Assembly (NCBI GenBank): GCA_013265495.1
Contig: MU058221.1
Span: 5,316,066 to 5,380,065, forward strand
Source of the DNA: Vicugna vicugna
Taxonomy: Eukaryota
DNA: 64,000 nucleotides
Direction of reading: 5' to 3'
Shown here piece after piece: positions 22,375-34,345 of the stretch (positions are counted from its first letter, which is position 1; each line of letters begins with the position of its first letter). Position numbers and translations under genes: made by a program. The notes under the pieces were generated by a model that worked only from the letters and a program-made list of their open reading frames with translations, did no database searches and had not been told where the DNA came from.

Positions 22375-23033
22375 TCTTGCTTCTTGTTTTTTCACAAATA
22401 ATAGCATATTATACCTGCTGCTCTGTGCCTTGCTCTCCTCCCCACCCCTACAATATATAATAGTAATAGTAATAAATACTTAGCAAGTGCTTACCATGTA
22501 CTGGGTACTATTCTAAGAACTTGATCTCTGTTAATTGTCTTAATTCATTTAATCCTCACAATAACCCCATGAGGTAACGTTATTATTTTTTCAACCCAAC
22601 TTATAATGAAAACCATGCATATTAAAACAACCCTGAGACAGTATTTTTCACTCATCTTGCTGTTAAAGATCAAAAAGCTTGCTTGCGCACCATGTGGGGA
22701 AGGGTGTGGGGAAATTGACCGTCCATAGATTGTTGGCAGGCAATTTAGTGATACCATTCAAAATTATAAAGGCACATAACTCTGGCCCAGCAATTCCACT
22801 TACAGAAATTTCCCCTGCAGGTATAATTCACAAAGGCTGAATGACTTGGGCACAAATTATTCATGCAGCCTTGCTGTTAACAGCAAAAGTTTGGAATCAA
22901 CTTAAACGCACTTCAGTAGAGACTGGCTAAACCATTATGCACGTTGCCCTTCATTTATTGGAATATCAGGCTCTGATTTTAAATCCAGCAAACTCTTTAT
23001 GTACAGAGGTGGGATGCTGTCCAGGATGGAGAG

Positions 23034-23394
23034 TGTCTTAGTCTGTTGGGGCAGCTACAACAAGATACCACAAACTGGGTAGATTATGAACAACAGAAAT
23101 TTACCTCTCACAGCTCCCGAGGCTGAGAAGTTCAAGATCAAGAAGCAGGCAGATTCGCGGACTGTTGAGAGCCTGCTTCCTGGCTCCTAGATGGCCGCCT
23201 TTTCCCTGTGTTCCCACAAGGCAGGAGGGACTAGAGCGCTCTCTGGGCCTCTTCTATAAAGCCACTAATCCCGTTCACGAGGACGCCACGCTCATGATCT
23301 AATCACCCCGCAAAGGCCCCACCTCTGAATACCATCGCATTGGGGATTAGGTTTGAACAATTAAATTTCGGGCACAAACGTTCCGTCTATAGCA
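23034..23394 (+). mobile_element. Complete solo MaLR LTR (MLT1A-like, 361 bp) with a 5-bp TSD
   Basis: Begins TGTCTTAGTC and ends CTATAGCA; flanked by GAGAG at 23029-23033 and 23395-23399. Internal caacagaaatttacctctcacag...aagttcaagatcaag. Confidence 0.9.
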
Positions 23395-25417
23395 GAGAGG
23401 CCGTGCAACATAATGGTTGAGAATCTAGACTCCAGCCAGGCTCCCTAGGTCTTCATTCTGGCTCTGCTTCTGCTCAGCTGTGCAAACTTAGACTGTTACT
23501 TGACCTCTCTATACCTCTGGCCTTCTAATCTGAATAGCGGGGCTTGTAGTAACACCTCGTGATACCCACAGCCAATCCAAAGGCAGGTGAGAAATGAGTG
23601 CTTATGATTATATGCCACTGGGATTTTGTGGGTGTTTGTTACACAGCATGATTGAGTTCATAGCTATCTTATATAAGCACATAGTAGGTGCTCAAGAGAT
23701 ACTGCTTAATGGGAAATTGAGCAAGCCCTTTCCTTATAATGGGAAACTTCACAGGTTACCTGAAGAGTGGCTCCATATTGGGCCCAAAGAGAAAGCTCAG
23801 AGTTAATATGCAAAGAATAACCAAACCACTGGGGTTTTATTTATTCAGCGGGCTGTGTTTTGAATGCTAGCTCTTCTGGAAGCTAGAGCCCATAATAATA
23901 GAATAAGCGGTGGCCCCTGTCCGCAGAACTCACAGTCTCTGGAAGGAAAGATTCACAAACAAGGTGAAGTGCACTTACTGAAACAAAGGTGGGGACAAAG
24001 ACTTCAAAGGCGGGACTAAGCACATCAGCCCATGGTGGATGTGGGGCGACGGGGATGGCTTAGAAGGGATGGGGCTTGGGGAGGGAAAGAGGGATTTAGA
24101 GCTGCAAAGGCAAGCTGATTCGGGGTGGGAGGGGCCTTGAGGGCTTGGGAAGGGAACCTAAATGTCATTCTTAGGGTCTGAGAGAAGCGGGTAGGATTTG
24201 GGGGCAGAGGAGGGCCATGTTCAGTTATCTCCCATGTGCTTTGGGGAGATAACTCCGGAGTTGATGTGAAAGGTGCAAAAATCTTCTGCCGCAGACCCCA
24301 AGAAATCTTACCTTCTGCTGCAGGTCAGAACAGATCAGGGGACAACTTCTGGGGACAAAATTGATCTGGGAGCCATCTGACCCCAGGTAAGGAAAGGGGC
24401 GACACACAGGAGTTGAAGACCAGAAGAAGTCCTTTCTTCCAACTCCCCTGCTTGGAACTGTGCCAGTTTTTCTCATAACAAGACGAGGTGGTGGCTACAA
24501 CATTGCTGTCCTAGCCAGCAACTCTGAGATTTCTTTTGGGCCTTTCCCCATGGTTGGTCCAACTCTAGGTGTCATACCCACATTCAAGAGAAAACAGAGA
24601 CACAAAGGTGAAAAGAGAAGGGCCACACCAGCTGAATCTGTCCCCTTTTATCAGGAAAGCAGAAACTCTACTTCACACACTCACACACAAACACACACAC
24701 TGCAGACCATCTTACGATGGTCCAATCCTGGATGTACTGAGAATGGAGGAACAGGCTCTCCATGCTTGCTTTAGACCAGCCACCAATCATGTGCTTGGTG
24801 CTCAGTGCTTTTCGAGCTCAAACAAACTGAGTTTGTCAGCAAAGAAGAAGGAGAAACAGACATGGTAGGCAAAAGCAGTGTCTGCAGCAGGGACCCAGGC
24901 AGGTCCCAGGCAGAGCCTAGAAGGGTGATTTGTTTTGTTTGTGTTTCATTTTTCTGAAATGAAGCCCCTAGTGACAGGGTAAGAATTCTGAAATTCCATC
25001 TTCTGGACTTGACACTGAAGTCCAGTGTGTCTCCCCTCTTCTACTCCAGGCACTTGCCTCAGTGGGTCCCAGTCTGTCCCTGTGTCCCTCAGAGGGGCCC
25101 TTAGAAGTAGACCCAGCCCCCATGTTGGGGGAGTGATTAGTGCTAAGCAGAGAAGGGAGGTCTCCCTGGGTCCTTTGACACAAGCACCGTTGCTGACTAC
25201 CCTGTGGGTCTTTTCCAAGCTGAGCTGGTACAGGGGGTCTGGGGGCAGCTCTTGCTTGGAGTCTGGTGTTCCAGCAGCAGAGAATAATAGCAGCCGTATG
25301 CTTTAGGGGCCATGTTGTCCATATAGCACTATGGTTGGTCTCCTCTCCTGGCAAGTATGTGGTCTACCTACCCTGGAGTGAAAGGCTCTGGATTCTTCCG
25401 AAGTCCAGCTTGGTGAC

Positions 25418-25812
25418 TGTATCTGTCAGGATAGGCTGAGTCATGCTGTGGTAACAAGTAGCCTTAAAAGCATAATGCCTTAAAGACAAAGTTAATTTCT
25501 TGTTCATTCTAAATGTCCATCATGAGTCCACTGGGGCTCGGTTCCATTTCTCCCAACTCTGGGATGCAGGCTGATGGATGACCACCATTTTGAACTTACT
25601 GATTGCCAAGACAGAGGGAAGGAAAAGATCTGGAGGGTCACGAAATGGCATTTAAATGCCCCAATTTGGGAGAGACTCACATAATTTCTACTCACCACTC
25701 ACCAGTCACCTGGCCCCACCCAACCACACAGGGGCCCCACGGTGTGATCCTGCCATGTGCCCAGAGGAGAGAGTGGGACGGGGTGAGTGAGCAGCCCTCA
25801 GCATGGCCACAG
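25418..25812. mobile_element. MLT1J/K-like MaLR LTR
   Basis: tgtatctgtcaggataggctgagtcatgctgtggtaacaa...caaagttaatttcttgttcatt...cacctggccccacccaaccac. Confidence 0.7.
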
Positions 25813-25929
25813 TAAGTTGGGGAAAGTCATCTAATCTCTCATCTATGTCATGTAAACGTGGGGCTCCTAAGACAGAAACCGGGTATGGTCAAAACGGCTC
25901 TTATCATCCTTTCAGCCGTTAGTTACTGA

Positions 25930-26400
25930 CAGGCCAAAAATGAACCTCAACTTAACCACACAATGTATACAAAGACTAACTCAAGATGGCTCATAGACTT
26001 CAGTGGTCTTAACCACAAAACTGTAAAACTTGAAAAAGCATAAGAGAAAATCTTTGGGATGTAAACCTAAGCAGGAAAAATAGATAAACAGGGCCTCATT
26101 AAAATGAAAAGCTTTTCTTGGCCAAAGTCTGTGTTAAGAGCCTCAAAGGCAAATTGTACAAAGCTACGTATGTGATAAAACTTCAAAGAGCTACACACAC
26201 AAGTAAGTGTGAGCCTGTTTGGTAAAAGCTGAGTATACGCTGAAGATCGTACCAATGTGGGTTTCCCGGTTTTGATATCGTACGATGTAATGTAAGATGC
26301 TGCCACTGGGGGAGGTTGGAGGAAGGGGGCCAGGGACCTCCAGGTGTATTTCTTTGCACCTTCCCGTGAATCTATAATTATTTCAAAATAAGACTTAAAA
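25930..26400 (+). mobile_element. Ancient L1 (L1MC-like) fragments
   Basis: aaaaatgaacctcaac...aactcaagatggctcatagac...cattaaaatgaaaagcttt...tgtgaatctataattatttcaaaataa. Confidence 0.7.
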
Positions 26401-26414
26401 AAAATCTCCTAGCA

Positions 26415-26535
26415 GGGAAGGTATAGCTGGGTGGTAGAGCACGTGCTTAGCATGTACGGGGTCCTGGGGTCAATCCCCTGTACCTCCACTAAGAGAAAGA
26501 AAGAAACTTAATAACCTCCCCCCCAAAACCACAAA
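26415..26535 (+). mobile_element. tRNA-Ala-derived SINE (Vic-1-like)
   Basis: gggaaggtatagctgggtggtagagcacgtgcttagcatgtacggggtcctggggtcaatcccctgtacctcca plus tail. Confidence 0.88.
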
Positions 26536-27579
26536 AACCTCTTCAGCCAGCCATAAAGAAGTGTGCTGTAGGGCCACACTGTCCGTGTATTTAAACACAA
26601 AAGTCACTCTTTCATCTACAAGATGCTCCCAACACGATGCCTCTGGGATCAGACCCGCGCCTGCCGTTGTGTGCAATGCCGGGAGAGCCGCCTGCATCAC
26701 TGCCACGGCCACGTCTCTCTCACTCTGTCCCTTACTTTTGTGGTTTTCACTGGTCCCCAGCTTTCTGTCTGAAACCCCTTGGGGCCAGGAAGTTTTTAAG
26801 GCTTTTTTTTTGAGGGGTGTTAGAAAAGTAATTTAGTGCTATGGTGTTTATTCTCTGACCCCCTCCCCACCAGCTGGGGCCAGGGCAGCCCCCATCATCA
26901 AACTTATTAATATTAATGTTCACTAATGCATCGTATGAATATTCGCCGGAAATGGGATAAACACGGGCTAAAATTGTTGTGTCAGTTCAAGTTGCCGAAT
27001 GAGATCTGTTCAGGCCAGGTGCGGCCCCAGATGTGACACACGTGCACAGGGGCACACACGTTTGGCCGAGCTCTTGTGTCTGGGAGCTGCAGAGCAGTGA
27101 CTGTGTGTGCGGACCCTGGGCACACCACACAGGCCACTGTGCTCAGGTGTGAGTGACCCCCGAAAGGCCCGGGGCCAGTCCTCCGAGTGTGGGGGCTCCT
27201 GGAGTGTCTCTTCCTCGCCCTGAAACACACCCGTCCCCTGACTGACTGGTTGTGCAGGGGACAGCCCCTGGAAGAGGGGCTCAGGCCTCCCCACCCTCAG
27301 AGAGCAGCTTGCCTGCAGCTCGGGCTGCTCACAGTCTCCTTAGATGCTGGAGCTGGGGCCGGGGTCGGCGCTGGCTGGGGTCTGAGATGGAGCCCACCGG
27401 TCCCTTTTACAGATGAGGGGACTGAAGCTCAGAGAGGGTGAGTGAGTTGGGAAAGCTCACACAGCTAGTCAGAAGGGGACTGGCTGATTTCAGACAGGGG
27501 CGTGGGGAGGAGCTGGGGGCAAGTTTAGACACTAGACACTAGACGAGCCTCCCACCCCATCCCTTCATGCAGACCTCAG

Positions 27580-28130
27580 AAAAGATGCCTGGACCCGCCC
27601 CCCAGCCCTAGGGCCGGCCGCCCCCGCCCCAGGCCGCGTGGGAGGTTTCCAGCGCGCCCTTCTGCCCTCCAGGCCAGGGGCAGAAGCGGGTCACACAGTC
27701 CGGCCCTGCCTCCCCCCTCAGGGCACCCAGGCTGGGGGCGGGGGTTGCTGGGCCGAGGCTGGGCGGCCTGGATGTCGGCAGAGGCGTGGGTCCCCCCTGC
27801 CTCCCAGGGCCCCCCGCAGGCGCCCCATCGCTGTGTGGGCTGCTTTGACTCCGCGCCGGGAGCCCAGCTTAGGCAAACCACGCCGCACTGGACGCCATTC
27901 AAACTTTTACAGGCCCTCAAATTGGAGCTGGAGCCGGAGAGGAAATACTAAAATCCTGTGTACACAACTTCTGTCTGCGCGCGCTGGGGGCTCCAGGAGA
28001 ATCAGGCGCGACGGCGAGGGACACATTTGTGCTGTTTTAAGGGCTCCACGCCTTTTCCCCCTCCCCGCTCTGCTTTTAACAGGCAGCAGCACTGATGTGT
28101 TGCCTAAAACCGCGACTCCTGGGCGTGGGT
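27580..28130. promoter_or_regulatory. Intergenic CpG-island-like element (putative enhancer or lncRNA promoter)
   Basis: Visibly CpG/GC-dense relative to its flanks, with GC boxes (ccccgccc near 27622, ggggcgggg near 27735) and a kB-like gggaggtttcc near 27640. Confidence 0.5.
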
Positions 28131-28329
28131 CTGGGGAGGGGTCTGCAGAGCCGGGGAGCTGGGGATGGGGTGGGGAGCTGAACTTCTCTCCCACCTCCAC
28201 ATCCAGGCACACAGAGCTGGGTTCAGAATCACCAGGATCCATGAATCACAGAGTGCACGGCCCAGGCGCCTTTCTCTGGCAGAAGGATGCAGCCGGAGGA
28301 GATGGTTTAGAGGTCCTTAGAGTCAGGCA

Positions 28330-28680
28330 GGCCTGGGTGGGGGGACATCTGTAGAATGGGTACGTTAGTGGTAAGATAATGGTACCTCAGAGGTTTGCCT
28401 TGAAGATTAAAGAGATGATGTAGAGAGGGAAACAGCTCAGAGCCTGGCACATCCTGTGTGCTCACTAGACGGTAGCCATTGTTATTATTTATGGGAAATA
28501 ATGGTAACAACACCATTATGAGCCTGGCACACGTTAAGTGCTGTGTACGATTTAATTCATTTCATCGTCACTGCATTTTAGGTGAGAAACTAGAACACCA
28601 AGGAACTGAACGACTTACCCGAGGTCACACAGATGGTGACTGGCTGGGTTGGGATTTGCACCCAGGCAGTCGGCTTCAGT
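28330..28680. mobile_element. Two MIR fragments in opposite orientation
   Basis: gataatggtacctcagaggtttgccttgaagattaaagagatgatg...; tttaattcatttcatcgtcac...ttttaggtgagaaactag...gacttacccgaggtcacacag...gggatttgcacccaggcagt. Confidence 0.7.
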
Positions 28681-30026
28681 CTTAGGTGTTCTGCTGCCAG
28701 TCTGAATGGCTGGCCAGCTGTGTGTGCCATGGCGTCCTCAGCTCCCCACACTTGGCCCCTGCCCACCTTCCCGGTTTTGTCCCGGCCGAGTGCCCTTGAG
28801 CTGCCAGGCATCTCCCTGGATCTGAACCAGTGCTCCCTCTCCCACCTCTCGGCCCGGCTTAGCCCCTCTCTTAGCACAAAGCTCCATTTGCTGGTCATCT
28901 TTGCTTTATGTCCTTCAGGGCCGCCCCCACCCCCTCCTGGAGACACTCACTCCTTCCCTGAGCTGCCCTGACACTCCCCTCCCCCCACCTTCAGGTCTCC
29001 CATCCCCTTGACCTTGGGCCACCGTGATTGGGGGATGTGTTCGTTTCCCTTATTCTGGTCCCTCATCAAGACCCTTGCAGGTCTGACTGGCTCACATGCA
29101 GAGCTGAGTCTCCCTTTTGGGGGAATTGAATTTTCACTGATAGCAAATCTGGGCTGATTGGTGACATCACACTGGTGACCTGTGCGAGGGAGGCAGGAGA
29201 GGGGCCCAAGCCAGCTTCCTTTAAGGAGATGGGGGACCAGGTGGGCACCTGCCCCATGTTCCTGACATCTGCTGCCAGCCCAGGAAACAGCCAGGACAGT
29301 GAAGAGTGTGGCCTGCATCCCGCTGCCCACCTCTGCCTCTGCTTTCCCCATAGTTGTCCTGTCCTCAGGGCCTCCCAGGAGCCCTGCTCAGTCTCAGGTA
29401 GGCACAGACACCCCCAGGGCTCTGAGCTCCTTCTGGCTGGGCTGCCCCAAGCAAGCGGCCTGCAAAGGCTTCTATTCTCCAGGCCTGTCTGTGCTCCACG
29501 TGACACCAGCCTGCCTTGGAGCCGAGCCAGCCTGTACCTGCACAGTGCATCCTCCAGACCCCCCCCTGGGCCGCAACAGCCCCGTCCTGCCCCCTCCAAA
29601 CAGCCCACCCCCCCAGTGGCCACACTGAAGACTTGGCAGTGTTGTGGAAATCATATGGCTTTTGGAATCTGGAGCCTGCGTTTCAGGGCCAGCCCTGCAG
29701 TTTCGTGAGGTCTTGGGCAAGTCATTTAACTGTCTCCATGTAGGTGACAGTCTCTATTTCATTTCCCTGAGATTACGAGGTGTGAGAGGACCTGGCGCAC
29801 CGTGGGAGTTGGGAGTGTTGGTGTGTTTAAGTGGTCACACAGTGGGGGTGACCTGGATCCTCCAGATACTCTGGGAGCTGTCCCAGTCTCAGCTGTAAGA
29901 TTGCTCCACTGAAAAGAGAGTGGATGCTGGACGCCATATCCAGCTCCTGCAGCCCTGGGAGCCAGTGGTCTTGAGCCACTGGTCCCATCCCCGCAGGCTG
30001 AGGCGGGAACAGCTTGCACGGTGTGA

Positions 30027-30045
30027 CAGCGCCCTCTGCTGGCCA
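30027..30045 (-). promoter_or_regulatory. Strong CTCF motif, reverse orientation
   Basis: Reverse complement is TGGCCAGCAGAGGGCGCTG, matching the core consensus CCASYAGRKGGCRS. Confidence 0.7.
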
Positions 30046-31508
30046 GGCAGGGGTGGCACTGGCTGCTCCTTGGCACAGGGCGCGGGAGACCGGGATACCC
30101 ACGGGCGGCACCTCCACAGCCCTAGCCTGGGAAGGGGAGCCAGGCCCCGGCCCGGGAGGGACTCTGGTAGGTGGGAAGCCCACTCCCACTTTACAAATGA
30201 GAAAGCGAAGGATCGGAGAAGTGAAATGGGTAAGGATGCCGGAGCCAGGCCCACCCTGCAGGGCTCTTCCTCCTACTGCAGATAGGAGCATTTTATGCAA
30301 ATATAACAGAACTCAGGCACGCTAGAAAGAGTGTCCTTCTTTATTTCATTAAGAACAAGTCAGATGGGACCCCACCTTGCCAGGGCCGCAGGAAAAGTCA
30401 CTGTTACTTGCTCCTGGAGGTGGGAGGGGGCGCTTCTTCTCTTGGCCCCTGCAAGGACGCAGAAGCCTAACGTGATTCCAGAAAAGGGGGCAGGGTGTGG
30501 AGGGACGGCAGACCTTCAGTGTGTCAGGACCACCGTGAGAGCCTCAGTGTCTAAGCCTCAGGGAGGCCCTGGGCTTCCTTGCCAAGACCGGCAGCCCTGG
30601 GGCCTGGTCTGTGCCCGTGTGCTCCCCTGACGCCCCCCATGGCCCAGCCCTGCCACCTGAGGTCCCGTCCCTTCCCCGGTGGGCACAGCTACTCCGGGCC
30701 ACCCAGTTCTCCCCAAAGCACCTCTTTTCCTCTCCCCAAACCCCCAGCCCCATCCCCTTGCATTGCTCAGGGTCCTGAACATAAAAGCAAGAAAGGTAGG
30801 TTGAATCAGAGGAGGAAAATCGATCAAGAACAAATGGTAAATGATTATCTCAGGAAAAGTTCCTGCAGCTCTAACTCTGCCTGGCAGCCACTTGTGCCTG
30901 TGGGAAAATGCTGTGTCCTTGGAGTGACCTTCGTACTGCAGCTGAAGCCAACGAGACGTGGCTCCGACAGGGAGCAGGTTGGCTGAATCCAACTGAAGAC
31001 ACCTGGGGGAAAAGGGTGGGTCATGAGGAATGGAACAGGTCAACTCATGTTCCAACTAAACCGATATAAGTTAAAAACAGGTTATGGAAAACTGGGTAAG
31101 GGGATAAATGCCCAGGGGGCCTGGACGGCAAAGCCGATCCTACCTGCGAGGAACGGACTTGAGGTCCCTGCTGTCATCTTGGTATATGAAGGACCTGGCG
31201 GGTCCAGCTGTGGCCCTCTGGACTCAGCAGCTCCCACATCCACAGCCGTGTCTTGAAGTTCTGACCACAAAACATCCACAGCTGGGCCGTAAGCTGACAG
31301 CCTGGTGTCACCTATCCCCTGTGGGTGGCGCTCTTGGGCTGCTGGAGGTGCCTCAGCTTCTTCAAGGACTCCTTTCCAACTTGGGAGAGTTTAGGTTTAA
31401 ACATGAAGATGATAAAACAAATTCAGCCCTGGGGATCAAATTGCCCTAGGGATCATGTTAAGTTTAGGAGTAGCCTGTGTGTAGCTGTTTCTTAAAAATA
31501 CTGTAATA

Positions 31509-31637
31509 AGTGGGGAGGGTGGTAGAGTGTACGCTTAGCACGCACGAGGTCCTGGGTTCAATCCCTAGTACCTCCATTAAAAATAAATAAATAAATATAA
31601 ATAAAGAAACCTAATTACCCCCTCAAAAATCTGAAAT
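31509..31637 (+). mobile_element. tRNA-Ala-derived SINE (Vic-1-like) with an A-box deletion and a 14-bp TSD
   Basis: TSD aaaatactgtaata at 31495-31508 and 31638-31651. The head lacks the atagctcagt segment. Confidence 0.92.
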
Positions 31638-31994
31638 AAAATACTGTAATAGTTAAGAGCATCTAACACATTAAAGACTGACAGTTTAGCCTGATGCATT
31701 TTAAATATGTAATAGAATTTAGAACTGGGATTTTAAGCTGGAAGAGAAAAGAAAATTTGACTCCATTTTTGTGAATATTATGAGATTTTAAAGAAAACGA
31801 GGGCTTTGCTATATTAATACATTTTATTTCCTAGGCTTATAAGAGTTCATTACTTGGAGATATTTTGCTTGTTGGGGCCATAGGTTTGCTTGGTTGGGCA
31901 ACCGAAGTGCTCACAAAGGAAATGTAATTTATAAAAGCAATTCAAAGTGTTTAGGGAAATTTAATTAATTAGATTTACAGACGATTGTCTTTTT

Positions 31995-32146
31995 ACTTCT
32001 GTTTTTTTTTTAGATTTATTTTGGGGGGAGTGGCGAGGTAATTAGGTTTATTTATTTGTTTATTAATGGAGGTACTGGGGATTGAACCCAGGACCTCGTG
32101 CATGCCAAGCACACACTCTACCCCTGAGGTAGCTATGCCCTTCCCC
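31995..32146 (-). mobile_element. tRNA-Ala-derived SINE (Vic-1-like)
   Basis: Poly-T, gtaattaggttt, then tggaggtactggggattgaacccaggacctcgtgcatgccaagcacacactctacc...gctatgcccttcccc. Confidence 0.9.
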
Positions 32147-33139
32147 TTGCAAATGATTTTTAAAAGGAGCTTAGGGTATTCAAGTGGAGTTAACAGATCA
32201 TTAATCAAAGAAAACTGAATGTCAAAAATTCTTATCTTGCCATATTTATAAGCAGAATAAAAAGATTTGTAAACTGAGCATAACAGCTTAAGGATAACTA
32301 GGTTATTTCTATTTTAATGAAAGGAGCATTCATTTTAAATCTAAGTGATTGTAAGTAGTCTTTTCTGGACTGCCTTCAGCTGTAAAAAAAAAAAAAATTT
32401 GCAGTGACCGCTATGAGGCGAATAGCTAACACTGATGTAGTGCTTTACGCGATGATCTCATTCACTCTTCCATCACAGAGAGCCCCTGGGAGGTCAGGAA
32501 CTCGCTCCAGACCACACACCTAGGAGGCAGCGCGCGCCCGACTTCAGCTGGCTCTCCCACTCCAGAAACCGCACTGGTGGCCGCCGTGCTGGGTGCTCTT
32601 TGGGGCCTGCGTGCCCACGGTCAGCAGTGAGGTCCCTGCAGAAAGGCTCACTCTTCCCAAACTCCTACTGGTGAATGTGACCTTGTTAGCACCCCCACCT
32701 GCCCGGCCGCTTTGATGCTCAGCAGAAACAGGAAAGGGACTTCTGAGTGGCCTGACCAGAACCCCAGAGGACCACTTGGAAACTCCCACATACTTGTGCC
32801 CTGCAAACACAGAGCTTCTGGTACCAGCCACGGCCTGGTGACCAGTTCCAGGCATGAACCACGGGAGCCTTGCGGTACTTTTGCCCGTGCTGTCTGCATC
32901 GCTCCTTTTCCCTCGCTGTCTTTCCCCTAATGATGTACACAAGAAATGTCGGTGGGGTTTAACATTCCAGTATCATTTCTGGGTCACAGAAAATGCAGGT
33001 GGGACTTGGTGACTGGACTAGAAGACAGATTAACATCGCCCAGAGATGGAGGCAGTGACCAGAGGGACTTGGGGTCTAATATTTTGTGGAGAGCATGAGT
33101 CGTCCTCACTTCGGTGAGTGGCGCTTGCACCCTGCGAGG

Positions 33140-33157
33140 CGGCAGCAGGGGGCGCCG
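33140..33157 (+). promoter_or_regulatory. CTCF motif, forward orientation
   Basis: CGGCAGCAGGGGGCGCCG, one mismatch to the core. Confidence 0.55.
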
Positions 33158-33239
33158 TGAGCGCTGTCACTCGGAAGTTTACACACAGCTTGTAGGGATG
33201 CTGAGGGGAAAGGGGTGGGCTGGGCTGGGTCACGTCCTT

Positions 33240-33658
33240 TGTCTCCCACTTGCTTGTCTACACTGTCTTCTCCACTGCGGGGTTTGGAAATCAGAAAACC
33301 GTATTCCCTGATTCTCTTTTCTTTCTACCTGTTAGGTTCTGCCAACGAGAGGCAGTGGTGGGAGACCGGAAGGGGGAGATTGGGAAAGCCTTTTTGGGGG
33401 GTGGGGGCTTCTGCAAGCAGCTTTCCCAGTAGCAGCGGTAGCAGTGGTGGCAGTAGTGACAGCAGCAGCTGGGGAGTGGGGGCTCCGGGTGACAAGCTGC
33501 CCTTTTGCTTCTTGCAGGTACAAATCTGGAGGTAGCCTGAATTTCCACTCTTGTTCCTACAGCAGTTCCAACCCCTTTATCACTAAGGCTCTGTGTTCAA
33601 TCCCCTCTATTTAAAATGTTTACGGTGCTTTCCATTTTGCTGATGGGACTGACACAGA
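33240..33658. mobile_element. ERVL LTR33-like fragment
   Basis: gaaaaccgtattccctgattctc...gttaggttctgccaacgagaggcagtggtgggagaccggaagg...aatcccctctatttaaaat...gactgacacagat. Confidence 0.6.
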
Positions 33659-34179
33659 TCTCATTCTCTCATTTGCTTCTTGGGCTCAGCTCTTTGATTT
33701 TAAGCTAAATTCATCTTGTAGCTTCTCCCCCAGGTCTGTCGCCTCTCACTGCTGCACAGTGTTTCGTGGGCTGTGCATCAACTGCACTGTACCTACCTCC
33801 TCCTCCAGGGTGGACACCCAGATTGCCACCTGACATGCTGTGAAAAATATCGTTATACATGGTCCCCTTTTAAGACCTGTGTGAGAATTTCTCTGCAGTA
33901 GAAATATATACCCAGGACTGAAACTGCTTTGTCATAGATCATAGGTATGTCCACACTGCATCTGATGAAGTAATATAAGATTGTGTTCCCGAATAGCCAC
34001 ACATCCCCCAAAATATACGTTAATGCTACATATAATATTCTGTAATTGGATTTCTCCCACTTTAAGTCAGAAAAAATTCAAATAGTTCCAACTGGGGAAA
34101 GATTTTTTTAAATTTAAGGTGCAAATTATAATCAACTCCTACTGAAACAACTGAAACAGTATTTAGGCTCCAGCTTCTG

Positions 34180-34345
34180 GAAGGAGACTGCAAATCCCAG
34201 CTCGGGCATGCAGACTTTGGGGCAGTTGCTTAAACCCCCTGTGCCTCAGTTTACCCAGCTGTAAAATGGAGATAATAATATTACCTACCTCATTAGGAGG
34301 TGATGAGAATTAGGTGAGATAAGGTAATAAAGTACTCAGAATACT
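34180..34345 (+). mobile_element. MIR
   Basis: caaatcccagctc...gggcagttgcttaaaccccctgtgcctcagtttacccagctgtaaaatggagataataatattacctacctc...tgagaattaggtgagataa. Confidence 0.8.

Noticed and set aside
27638..28354. 238-aa ORF over the CpG-rich patch
   Set aside because: GTG start and Arg/Gly/Pro bias typical of stop-poor GC-rich sequence; no homology recognised.
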